DNA of 64,000 bases from Octopus sinensis. Taxonomy: Eukaryota. The stretch is taken from the NCBI RefSeq assembly GCF_006345805.1, contig NC_043012.1, positions 13,888,001 through 13,952,000 of the forward strand, read 5' to 3'. The notes below the pieces were generated by a model. The model had not been told where the DNA came from. It made no database searches and saw only the letters and a program-made list of their open reading frames with translations. Positions within the stretch are counted from its first letter, which is position 1. The number at the start of each line of letters is the position of its first letter. This document shows, one piece after another, positions 40,545 through 53,330 of this stretch. The position numbers were made by a program, and so were the translations under genes.

Positions 40545-40598
<54 letters not shown>
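40545..40598. repeat. (TTA)n microsatellite
   Basis: Direct inspection. Confidence 0.95.
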
Positions 40599-40603
<5 letters not shown>

Positions 40604-42344
40604 TAACTGTAGAATTTAATAATGATCATCTCACTGTTACTTAATATGTGTCTATTTCATAAATCGACATAATTATCCTCACAAGTTTGTAAAATTATAT
40701 CTGAACTTCTCGGAATTCTCATACCAGTCGACTGATTCACTTTATGTGAATTACTGAAGTTAATTATGATACATTTTATCACGTTTTGCTGGTAGCATGC
40801 AAAAATTGAGAAATACAAATGTTTTAAAGAACAATATTTTTTTATAATATTCAAAAGTACTCGGTAATTTGAAATGAAAATATTCGTTTAAAACCATGGT
40901 TTGGGCAAAATTTAATTACGTTCCCACAAGTGTCATATTGCCTTCGTATAATTAGTTGTTTCATGACTCATTACACTCATTAACGTAGAATATTACATTG
41001 CCTGCTTCGTTTTAATGTCTAAGTTATCCGTGAGTCATTGAATAGCACGGAGGCAGCAGGTACAACTAACTTACTGTGTGAGGTATTGCCGTTAATTTTG
41101 TTGCCAGATGGCCAAAAGACAAATATATTTGCATCATTATATAAAAGTTCGTGACTATTAAAGTGACAGACTGCCAGCGAAAATATTGTAGGGTTTACTG
41201 AAAAAAATGTAATTATGTAATAATATTTAAAAGAAAAACATAATCATTTTAGATGAGGTTATCTTACGGAGCACACACGTGGGAGTGTCTAAGTGAGTAC
41301 ACGTTCAACTAGATATAGCAGCTTAATGACTTTTAATCCCACAACCAGCCTAAAAATATATTAAAAGACAGGATAGTCGTAACTGGAATATTTTCAAGTC
41401 ACTTCAATCACAACTGACCAACTGCTAAACTACGTCACTTTCACCTGCTCTGTTATACATCAAAATATGTTTATACACACACACATGTATATTTATCATT
41501 ATCCGAGTATAGATCTGTAGTCAGTGACTGAGCCTCTTCATGTTGATAAATGCACAGGATACCAATGCCTCAAATTGCTGTGCAGGCCCAAAACGGAATA
41601 ATAGAGCTAGGAGCACATGTCGTTCGTGGAGAACGGGAAAATGCGAGCCGCTCGTTGGATCGTCGACGTCTGTTTTTTGCCTCTCAATGTCTGCTATTTT
41701 TCATCAGGTCTGTTCCCCCTTCGATGATATACCACCTCTTTTACGAGAAGAGAGATATACTGTCGTCTTATTTTCTAAGCTATTGCAGTCAATAACATCG
41801 TGTGCCAACGGTGCCTCTATTTGTCCACCCACTTGAATCACACATAAAAATCAAGGCACCTTCAGTAATTATGTCAAAAACACAAAGGTCTTGTTTGCAA
41901 CGATTTCGTCAAGAACAGTTACTAAAATAGTATACAAAAGTATCGAGGAAGTTCTACTTTTTTTTTACTCGACCACTTATAAATACTAAGCAAAACTTCC
42001 TCACGTGATATTCTATACTTACAGGAAAAGAAGGAGACATTAGACAATACATATCTGCTAGATTAAGAATTACTTGGGGACAAACAACAAGAAAACCTAA
42101 TTAGAAAATACACTTAGATGAAATCTTTACATAAGGGAGATATCTAGTTTTCATTTAGATATCCATCATAAAGCATACATACTGAAATGTCTTTCTCAAA
42201 GATGTTACCTTGCTTACTCTGTTATTTTTGTTCACACTTTAGACCGAGTAGAATGAGGCCATGCTGGGCTACTTTCCCAAAATCAGTAAAGTAATAATAC
42301 TGCGATATATTTGACTATGATGTTTACTATCATATGTTAAATGA

Positions 42345-42728
42345 GTGGAGGCGCAATGGCCCAGTGGTTAGGGCAGCGGACTCGTGGTCATAGGATCGCG
42401 GTTTCGATTCCCAGACCGGGCGTTGTGAGTGTTTATTGAGCGAAAACACCTAAAGCTCCACGAGGCTCCGGCAGGGGATGGTGGTGATCCCTGCTGTACT
42501 CTTTCACCACAACTTTCTCTCACTCTTACTTCCTGTTTCTCTTGTACCTGTATTTCAAAGTGCCGGCCTTGTCACTCTCTGTGTCACGCTGAATATCCCC
42601 GAGAACTACGTTAAGGGTACACGTGTCTGTGGAGTGCTCAGCCACTTACACGTTAATTTCACGAGCAGGCTGTTCCGTTGTTTCGGATCAACCGGAACCC
42701 TCGTCGTCGTAACCGACGGAGTGCTTCC
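42345..42728 (+). mobile_element. SINE family B, full length with 11-bp TSD
   Basis: A and B boxes present; ATGTTAAATGA at 42334-42344 and 42729-42739. Confidence 0.93.
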
Positions 42729-42829
42729 ATGTTAAATGACTATGCTACATAAAAGTCTTCTTTCTTTAGTTCACCAATTCTTTCTGTCCTCAATTATTCT
42801 TTCTACTAGCGACACCAGGCCTGGGATTT

Positions 42830-43370
42830 GGGTGTGAAATGGATCGAAGATTACATCGAATCTGATGTTTAACTTATTTCATCGGCTCTGAAAAGAAAAA
42901 AAGCAAAGTCAACCTGAAGGTATTCGAACATAGAGTCTAAAACCGAAAGAAACTCCGCAAAATATTTTGTCCGTCATGTTAGATCTTGATTTCAAATTTT
43001 GGCACAAGAAACCAACAATTTCTAGGAAAAGGGCTAAGTCGCGTACATCGACCCCAATTCTCAACTGGTTTTCATTTTAAAGATGAAAAACAGAGTCGAC
43101 CTTGTTTCAATTGGATCTCAGAACTTAAAGTCGAATGAAATGCCCTTAAGCAATTTCTCCAGCGGGTTAAAGATTCGGCCGGCTCACCACCGTTCACTCT
43201 CTGAAATTATTGGTTACAAATGTGGGCACAAGACAAACAATTTGCGGAAGGGGAAAGTAAATATCATTGACCCCAGTTTAAGCTGGCACTTATGAAATGC
43301 TGAACAATAAAAGGCATAGTCGATCACGATAGAATTTGAACTCAGAACGTAAATAATTTTACCGGACATG
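42830..43370 (-). mobile_element. Old, diverged SINE family C modules
   Basis: Degenerate AAAGTCGACC/TTTGAACTCAGAAC motifs repeated. Confidence 0.6.
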
Positions 43371-43375
43371 CTACG

Positions 43376-43775
43376 ATTCTTTTCTACTCTAGGCACAAGA
43401 CCCAAATTTTTTTGTGACGGGGCCAGTCGATTGGATCGACCCCAGTACGTGACTGGTACTTAATTTATCGACCTCGAAAGGATGAAAAGCAAAGTCGACC
43501 TTGGAGGAATTTAAATCAGAACGTAACGGCAGCTGAAATACCTATTTCTTTATTACCCACAAGGGGCTAAACACAGAGGGGACAAACAAGGACAGACATA
43601 GGTATTAAGTCGATTACATCGACCCGAGTGCGTAACTGGTACTTAATTTATCGACCCCGAAAGGATGAAAGGCAAAGTCGACCTCGGCGGAATTTGAACT
43701 CACAACGTAACGGCAGCCGAAATACCGCTAGGCATTTCTCTTGGCGTGCTAACAATTCTGCCAGCTCACTGCCTT
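43376..43775 (-). mobile_element. SINE family C with 2 modules
   Basis: Aligns with 38123-38680 and 49021-49253. Confidence 0.92.
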
Positions 43776-44164
43776 CCCATCTCATAAATTCTTTAGTTTT
43801 ATTTCACGCGTTCCTTTTCGATAATTTCTTTAAGGAATCAGATAGAACGTACTTGAAAATATATGCACCAGTTTGGATAAAGATGTGGTTTTCATAGTTC
43901 GCCTCGGTAGTCTTCAGCTACGTCCCTGCTGTATTCTTGGAATATTCTATTCTTTGTAAAATTAATTTCGATTTGATGATTACGGTTTTTTTTTTGTAAT
44001 GGAGTAATGCTCTCATTTTCATTTTCAAAAATGCGTAAGAAACAGCTGTAATGAGCTGACAATTATGCATCGTAAGTTATTATACATTTGATTACGCACT
44101 CACACACAAACACACACACACACGCACACACACACACAGACACACACACACACACACACACAAG

Positions 44165-44201
<37 letters not shown>

Positions 44202-45899
44202 TGTGTATATGTATTTTTGTTTTTTGTATATGTGTGTATTACCCTGTGGCATGCACACACATATATCATATGCACACACGTATATACATATATATAGATA
44301 TATAGATATTTGTGTGTCTGTGAATGAGTATGTGTGCCTATTTTGCATATATCGTCTTACAGTTTCATAGAAATGTACTCACCTTTACGTTATACTTCAA
44401 ACGCGTGAGTGTACATTTGTTCGACATGCGTTCTCCTAATTTTGTGACGTTATATATGGTGTATGCATGTGTATATCCATGTGTGAGACAAACATATGGA
44501 TATTTCAGATGCTTATTTATTTAGTTATTTTACATCTTCAAAACATTTATTCACTGTCAAGTTCATAGTGTTTTACGCATTTCAAGTCCCCTTTATTTCT
44601 CTTTTCATTCTTTCTTGATAGCATTGATGTAATAGAGACCAAATTTATTTAACAAATATACAATGATTTTCAGAGATATCCTGACAAATTGTGAGCTATA
44701 TCATTTTTAGTAGAAATACTTTCAAGTATGTTACGCACGTTTACGAGCTGTGCTGCTTTGTTCACTTATGCATTGTATTATGCATGAATGAATTGCATAT
44801 CATTTTACTGATGTTTTCTTCTGAACATGAAGCCCTAACATGGAGAATTATTCATATATGTGATTTCAGAAAATTGCATTATTCCGGATAGGGAATATTT
44901 TACCAAAAAATATTGTGTTTCATACCTGAAGCGAAAATATGCTACTACGTTTAACAAAAAATATATAGAATACGGATCGAGAGAATCGTGCATGTTTCAC
45001 TAACTTATGTTGCATTTAAACACATTATGTATTCAGTATTTGAATACGCGTCTACATTTAAATATCTTTTAATTACAAAACATCTACTACACATAATCAT
45101 AGATATTTTAGAAGTCAGCATTCAAATAAACATATTTATTAGTTAGATTAACAGGTCCGCATCTCTTTCATCAAAGTATAATATATCATATTTTACGCGC
45201 GGCCATCTTTCCACGTTGAAAGTGCGTATTTTTATTGTCACACAAACGAATTACATGGTTATTAATTTATTCGTAACCTTATTGATGATTTACTTTTTGT
45301 ATATATTCGGTAATACTGGCAGCCAAAATTCAGATTTTTATCTGAATGATTCATTCTTTTAGTCATATTTTAAAATACAATCTTTTGAAATTTATCAACG
45401 TATTTATCAATCTAGTTATGGTTACAAGGCGTACTCGGTTTCTTTTTCTTATCCACGCAAACACTATCAATGGTAAACGAAATATTAATAGACTTCAGTG
45501 ACAAAAAACATAGAAATTTTGTTTATGCCGGACATGAAACTGCTACATATTCCGTTCGCTGGAAGCCTGCTACTCGCTCTTCCAGAAGATTTTAAGTTCA
45601 TCACTGTAACCTATGTCCTTTGCATAAATAGGCGAAGACTTACCTACGCGACTAAGGAATTCAATGTGCAGCCTCCTAGATCTGCGATGGGCTGATCTTA
45701 CTGTAATTCATCGAGGACAACAATCTACTACCTTAGCCTAAAGTTGAGAGATAGACTTAAAATAGAACGGACATATATATATGAAAATACATACATGATG
45801 GCTGCGAACTCGCTGACGAGTATGACCATCACTGACAAATTGTCTAATCCTAGACGTTAAGGACAATGGCTGTTAGTAATACCCAAGTCAATAAAGGTT

Positions 45900-46235
45900 T
45901 GTGCAACACCGCTAAGATTCTCACCCAGAAAACCAAGTATTTCAGGAACAAGCAAGTGCAAGATCTTCTGCTCTGCAATAAAGGGGGTCTAATTTCGGTA
46001 TTTCCTTCTCCTAGATGTTTCACCAAAGAATAGTGGTCTCTTACTCACAACACTCTGCTATTGAATAGCCATTGACTCGACTAAGTTATCCGTCATTTCA
46101 CAGATTCTGTTTTTCATCCTGCTGGGTGTTAAATTAAACCAGCTTCCTTACCATGCTTGTTTGATAGCGTTGCCAGTTTTGGTACCGACGGCTGGATCAA
46201 GCCAGAAGTTGTACTGGATTACATATTAGCAGTAG
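45900..46235 (-). mobile_element. Probable RTE-type 5' UTR remnant
   Basis: Shares ATGTAA(C/T)CCAGTACAAC...AAACTGGCAAC...TGGTAAGGA with 34030-34110. Confidence 0.45.
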
Positions 46236-47828
46236 CGCTCATGACAGATCATTATGTGATCTGACAGACATGCATGCATACATACATGCATACATACATG
46301 CATACATACATACATACATACATACATACATGTCAGTCTGCGTGTAGCATTCTGTATTTTTCTACTGATATTTTGCTGAACTGGTATGTGTCAATGAAAT
46401 ATATGTTCTTCAATGAACATCATCTGAAGAACCAAGAAGTGTTAATCTTCGTAGGAAATCATTTCCGATATTGTTTTCTATCGATTTCTTTACCCTTTAG
46501 CCATCATAAATGTAGCAAACCGCAGATTTTGCAGTTGTAATCTTCAGATATTGACTTGTAAAATATATGAAGAAACGTATTACAACCGAATATTGAACCT
46601 ACACTGCAGGTTTTACTCGTTAAGTTATAATCGTGTTTTGTCTTATCTCTGCCTGGCATCGAAATCTGCTTGATATTAAAAGAGGAAAAGTGTACGAAGC
46701 CAAAATAAAACATTTAGGTCATAGAGAGCTGAAATGTTAATTAAATCCATATGATTTTTTGATGTGACAGTTTCTCTTTAACGTTAGAAAGAGCTGCTGT
46801 CTCGAGACAGCTTTTTACATTATTATTATTTGAAGAGTTAGCTGTCTGACTATTGACTGACAAGCAGAGGGCCTGCATAAAAAACTAAGAGTTATTAGTA
46901 ATGCACATATGCGTGTCCCTGAATCGAATTGTTATAGCAAGAGCAAATCATTATTGTTAAATTATACAACACAAACATATTGTTTTATGTAATGCAAAAA
47001 AATATGCCGCATTTATATGCCTAGTAATTTTATATTATTGAATACGTACCCTTTTATGACTATGTTACTTTTTAAAACAAAGTAATTAGTTTTCACTAAA
47101 TGAAACTTATGCGTCATAATATAACATTAATTACTGTGTTGATTTAATTTCTATTGCCTAGGGAAATTTTCAATATTAGTTTCTTTTCTATGGAATATTG
47201 GCTTTAGGAGCGCTATAATTATTTTGTTGGATAATACAATAATACAATTGATATATGGAAACGGTGCTTTTGATTCTTTGAAGAATTTGTTTCATTGCGT
47301 TTCTCTCTTTACACGTGTTGCCCCTTTCGTTACCGATATACAAGTGTGTTCTGATGATATTCAGTGGAAATTTCTGAATCGTTCTCCAAGAGGTTATCAT
47401 GTATCAGAAACAATGAAGAACACCGGAAAACTACCAACTATTACAACTATGTGTTAAATACAACTCTTCCACAATATTCACGTCACAATTACCATATGCA
47501 TTAAAGATAAAACGACAAAAAAAATTGCGTGCTGAGAACTACCACATAGAAATGTTAGACAGGGAATATATGTAAGAATGAAAAATGACGTGACGCGCTC
47601 TACATTATAACAGGCTTAATACAAACCACACTCGCAAATCAGCGCCGCGAAGCAAAATTAACAAAAGTGAAAGAATTGGAGATATTTGCAACGAGCACGA
47701 ACTGATGCCACAGCAAACTTTAGTACTCGTAGAGTGTCACCACATTGGAAAAGCATCTCAAAATAGCGTGATACACATTATGAGCACAAGTGCAATTACA
47801 GGCTACCAGAACAATCTCTGAATAAATG

Positions 47829-47883
<55 letters not shown>

Positions 47884-48230
47884 TACTAAATTTATAAATA
47901 TCACAGAGAGATATGAGCGGTGGATGAACGATAGAGCGGTTGTATCACACCACTGCTATTTAGCCCTATGAAGCATCGACCCTTCCTGTCGGCTTTGACA
48001 CATTTTCTGTGTCCTTATGTTTACGAAGGGGAGACAAGTACCCCCTACACCTAGGCCTGCATCCAGAGACATGCAAAGTTTCTGAGTCTTGCTCATCATC
48101 AGTCCGGAGTAGCATGGCCTGCTAGCTGAAGATGCTTGTAAAGCATTCGTAAACATATATATTTTCAGTGAAGTTTATTCACTGATCACCAAAATTAGAA
48201 ATATTGAATTTCTAAATATCACGGATGTAT

Positions 48231-48297
<67 letters not shown>

Positions 48298-49020
48298 TAT
48301 ATATATATAAGGAAGACAAATAACACAGACAACAGAAATAGCTACAACATCTATAAATCCAGGAACCTAAAACAATCTGCCAAGTTGCTCAGCACCAATG
48401 TATGCAATGATTAAGTGTAGTTACCTAATAACTTATATGAATAGACAGGTCAATAGAGAGACTGCAATGTATCGCGATTGTGCTGCTGCAATTGATACAA
48501 GTTATCTAAGATTGTAGTAGTCTGCTTTATGGTCTTCAGCCAAGTGACGCATATCTACGGAAAACAATTTTTATGCCTCGCCTCGGCGTTCGTCCAACTG
48601 ACAGTTTGAAAGAAAGCTGCAAGATCAGGTCTTACTTGGAGCTACACGATATCAAACCCTGATAAATATTTTATATGACCCATCGACTGACATTTGAATT
48701 CAGTAAACAAAACTAAAATAGTAAATATGCTTTCTGTTATTTACAATCATATTTGTTTAAAATTTATAGATACAAATTTGAAATAGCAGATTTAAGATAG
48801 ACAGTGTAAAGTTAGTCTACTGTAAGTAATCAGATTTTCTACCAGCACCTGCCGTTCAGCAGCGTCGAAATGTATAAAAAACAATAAGTAGCTCGTTAAG
48901 GAACAAATTACGAATATATATTATTATCTATAAATACACATATTTACACATGACTGTGCGCGTGTGCGCGTGTGTGCCTGTTAGTGTGGGGATATTTATA
49001 TGTTATGCAAGAAATATATT

Positions 49021-49253
49021 TATTTCTTTACTACCCACAAGGGGCTAAACACAGAGGGGACAAACAAGGACAGACAAACGGATTAAGTAGATTATATCGA
49101 CCCCAGTGCGTAACTGGTGCTTAATTTATCGATCCCGAAAGGATGAAAGGCAAAGTCGACCTCGGCGGAATTTGAACTCAGAACGTAACGGCAGACGAAA
49201 TACTGCAAAGCATTTCGCCCGGCGTGCTAACGATTCTGCCAGCTCGCCGCCTT
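49021..49253 (-). mobile_element. SINE family C, single module, with 16-bp TSD
   Basis: ATG(C/T)AAGAAATATATT at 49005-49020 and 49254-49269. Confidence 0.93.
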
Positions 49254-50440
49254 ATGTAAGAAATATATTGCTGACAAGAACCCACACCTAATGAATACAT
49301 TTAATTTATGTAAATTTATGGCGGCTATTTTCATCGTGATTAATTCAACGTATTTCATCGTGAGCTTATTCCTTCCATGCAACGCCCATAAATGAATCAC
49401 TATGCTAAATACACTATTGGTAAATATATGTACATAGAAAAATCAAAAGTATGTTACGATTAGGAGGAAATGTTTACGTGAATGTGGTATTATTCAACCA
49501 ATTTGATTGTTAACGCTCAAGGACACTTTTTATCGTGCTACACTAGACATTCAATTATACGTACATTCTGGTTCAGTCTATATGTTAAAACAAAGTACAT
49601 AATTGAACGAAGAAATGCAAAAATATATTTCACAAAGCATTTGTTTCTTAAATATAATTTATAAGAAATGTACTAAAAAAATTCGAACATGCGATGAAGA
49701 AGTGCATGTGCCAAACTAACGCTAATATATCTCTCTATTAAATGTCATTCATTTCGCGAATAATTAAGCGACAAGAGATGGTTTCTCGAAGAAACTCTCG
49801 CTTTCGTCTATTTACAGAACACAAAATATATATACTGGATGCGAAACACGTTGCCTACTACGCTGACGATATTCACTTCGATCGTACACTTCAAAAGTGT
49901 TTCTTTGTAATCCAGGAAGATACATCTTAAGTGAAGATTTATTATGTGGAAACCTGGAAAACTGTGATTTCAAACTGAAAGAAAAAACGCGAAAGAGAGC
50001 AACTTTGTCCAGCTCACTAATATACTCGCATTAACTCCGAAGAAAGTACAGGGAAATGATTTTTTAAATAAACAAATAAGAAACAGTGAAGAAAATAAAT
50101 TCAATTTTGCAGTAGGTGAAAAAGGAAGAGACATCAGATGTGTTGGGCATGGTCCATTCTTTACAAATGTGTAAACTGTTTCCTAATTGCCCTCTTTAAT
50201 TCTCTTTAAACGACTCTCGAAGGTCGTGTTGACTTTAGTCAATAGGGGACACCATATTTACAAACTGTCGCGTAGTGTGACTGAATAAGACAATCCTTCA
50301 CTACACCACAAAGCGACCTACATACATACCGCCCCACAAAATATCAAAGATAAAAATGCTGATTTTAAGGGATACGCAAACATGCACACTGTTGACAATT
50401 ACAAATGAGCAGGGGTTTTTTATCAAATATTTGGTGGAAT

Positions 50441-50525
<85 letters not shown>

Positions 50526-51485
50526 TCTCACACATACACACTGCGAAGAAAGTTACTGTTTCTAGGCCACAATATTTTTACGTAGAGTATTTGCATCATT
50601 TCAGATATGCAAAAATGCGCAACATTTGGATGAAGTATTGATGTGATATTATATTATTTTTACCCATAAAACATTCAGCCGTTCAATTAGAATTTCATTC
50701 TTTCAGATATATGGATAAACCTGAGCACCCGCTATTAAAATTCCTGCATATCGATCATAACTTTTATTAAAATAACTGCAGATTTTCGACACAGAATTTC
50801 AAATACAATTCCTACCTAACAATTTTGTGCATAAAACACATTTTATTTCCATGGGCTTAGCATGTAATCCAAAAGAATAGAACTCAACAACAAAAAGATA
50901 TAATAAAAGTACCCTTGCATAAAACATTAGAAGACTAACGCAGCATGCATTCGTTTTTGTTTCGTTTTTTTTTTGTCCGGTTTATGATGACATTTGCAAA
51001 AATCAAGCTGACAAGCGAATAGAAATTCTGTAGAGTTATATTGTGACAATAAAGGCAGTTTTACAATGTAAAGAATGTGTTTTATGTCTGTCAATATGGT
51101 CCGACGCAATAAAATTGTAATATAATTTACTTCTGTAATGTGGATATTGCAAACAAAAGCAATGCTAGAGACGTCTTTCGAATTATCTTCGTTATATCGG
51201 AGTAGTTTTAGAAGTCTATGACATAATTCGCATTTACTTTTTCAGATTTTGCCATAGTTCCATGTATTGATTCACATTTTCATTTTGCAAATCCAATGAA
51301 ATTGCAGTGACAGAAGCAGATTCATTGAATACTTAATTCTACCAGTTTCAAAATAACTACAATAGTGTATTATATTAAAATGGATTTGGCTAGAAGTCTC
51401 TTGAGGCAGCTAAAACTTTTGAGTTGATATATATATATATATATATATATTGGTAAAAACGGTAAGATAACAAAAGAAAATATAA

Positions 51486-51518
<33 letters not shown>

Positions 51519-51520
<2 letters not shown>

Positions 51521-51705
51521 GAGGCGCAATGGTCCAGTGGTTAGGGCAGCGGATTCGCGGTCGTAGGATCGCGGTTTCGATTCCCAGGCCGGGAGTTGTG
51601 AGTGTTTATTGAGCGAAAACACCTGAAGCTCCACAAGGCTCCGGCAGGGGTGGTGGCGAACCCTGCTGTTATCTTTCGCCACAACTTTCTCTCACTCTTT
51701 CTTCT
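51519..51705 (+). mobile_element. SINE family B, 3'-truncated
   Basis: Head and body match the 42345 copy. Confidence 0.9.
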
Positions 51706-51834
51706 TAAATATACACACAACGAGATTGATTCCGCATGTAAACTCATTATTTGTATATTCTAACTTTTCAAATCCACTGCGCAGTCACATCTTAATTCCG
51801 GCAACATAGAGGATGCCGGTAAAACCTCGTATAT

Positions 51835-52270
51835 ATTTATCAAAAATCATTTAAACATAATAAGTAATATTAGGGTAATTAAGAATTAAGGAAACTTTTA
51901 TTACCAATGGCCTAGCGCAAAAAAAATTAGTCAATAGACTATATATTATTCATATAAAATATGGTGTACATTAAAACACATTAAGAGGCTTCCATCATAG
52001 GAAAGCCTTGCGCTAGAAAGAGCAGTAAACAACTCAAACTACTAATTAGGGATAAATTCTCGAAGGGAAAGAAAATTAAAATCATTTACCATCTAATTTA
52101 CTTCCTAGACCACGTTTACTGCTCTTTCTAGTGCAAGACCTTCCTATATTTCATATGAATACTATATAGTCTATTGACAAATTTTTTGCGCTAGGCCACT
52201 GGTAATAAAAATTTCTATAATTTTTATTACCCTAATATTACTTATTATGTTTAAATGACTTTTGATAAAT
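51835..52270. mobile_element. AT-rich foldback element with ~155-195-bp inverted arms
   Basis: 51835-52031 versus 52114-52270 are reverse complements; ~40-bp insert in the left arm. Confidence 0.88.
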
Positions 52271-52619
52271 TTACAACCGACCCACGCACACATGGATACC
52301 TGCACTTATCGAGTAGTCCCAAGTACAACACGTTATATTTCAATATACAAATAATATGTTTGTTTTTGTTTTGGAGAACAAATCGAGTTTGAGGATAAAC
52401 ATACAAAACACAAAGAGTATATACAGCTATTGACAAGCTTCAAATCAGCAACTGGGAGACGTGTAGTATACTTAGTAACCGTTACAAAATATAAAATATA
52501 ACGTATAACATAAAGTACAATAAGAATATGTGGACGATACTTAAAGAATTAAACCATAAAAATTTAGGAAGAACCCAATCAAACTTAAATCCCATCCACC
52601 TGTGAAGGGAACACTCCAT

Positions 52620-53330
52620 AGGTACCATACAAAACTTTTTTGCTTTATAGAATGTGAGTAACTGACAATAATCTCACCAAATTGGTTTTTCAAGTTGCCT
52701 CTACATTTTGAAATTACTAATCCTATTTACTTTGCACAATAATCACCATCTGCAGAAGATGCTAAGGTACATTTAACTATAGCCCAAATGATCGGGTAAT
52801 CTGTGTGCGAATGTTCGAGACTCTAAAATTTAGAGTCTATATTAACATTGACAGTGACATGTAGTTAACCTTATTTTCAATTCTAAAGTTACGTGATTGC
52901 GATGTCGGACAGTGAAGTAGTTTCATGTCACACCAATGTAGTTATGTACAGTCGCCTGTGTAATGACTGAACCCTTGTGGACAACGTTATCGATAAAGCA
53001 CTTGTTTTTCAGTGGACACATGGCCGGTCTTCTACAATTAGACATATTCGTGTTCCCCAGGGTAGCATTGTGCCTAAGTCCAGGGCTATGGTCTAGACAC
53101 CTCAACAGGTATATACTACTTGAATCAGTATTACAGCTGATGGTTCCAGTATGCAAAATTTCCCCACTGTAATTAGGATTATTACGACAGTCTCTATATG
53201 TGTTCTTAGGGAAATTAGAGTTATTATTTGTAGAAGCAATGGCCGCTTCAGTATGACGATTGACATCACTTGCATTTCGAAATACGTTCGTACTATCATC
53301 ATCCTGGCCGTTCCCGCCATCAATGTAAAC
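52620..53330 (-). mobile_element. Penelope-like GIY-YIG endonuclease fragment
   Basis: SNCRRPAMCPLKNKCFIDNVVHKGSVITQATVHNYIGVT*NYFTVRHRNH matches the PLE CNCR..CPL...CL...VVY.A.V...YIG.T..F..R..NH motif. Confidence 0.85.

Noticed and set aside
41480-41900. GC-richer block as an exon or transposase
   Set aside because: No recognisable motif in any frame.
42345-42420. tRNA gene (also 51519 and 30300)
   Set aside because: A and B boxes are present, but the sequence continues into a SINE body with a TSD and there is no full cloverleaf.
52270-52330. Hammerhead in the 3' region of the 52620 PLE
   Set aside because: Too degenerate; no GAAA.
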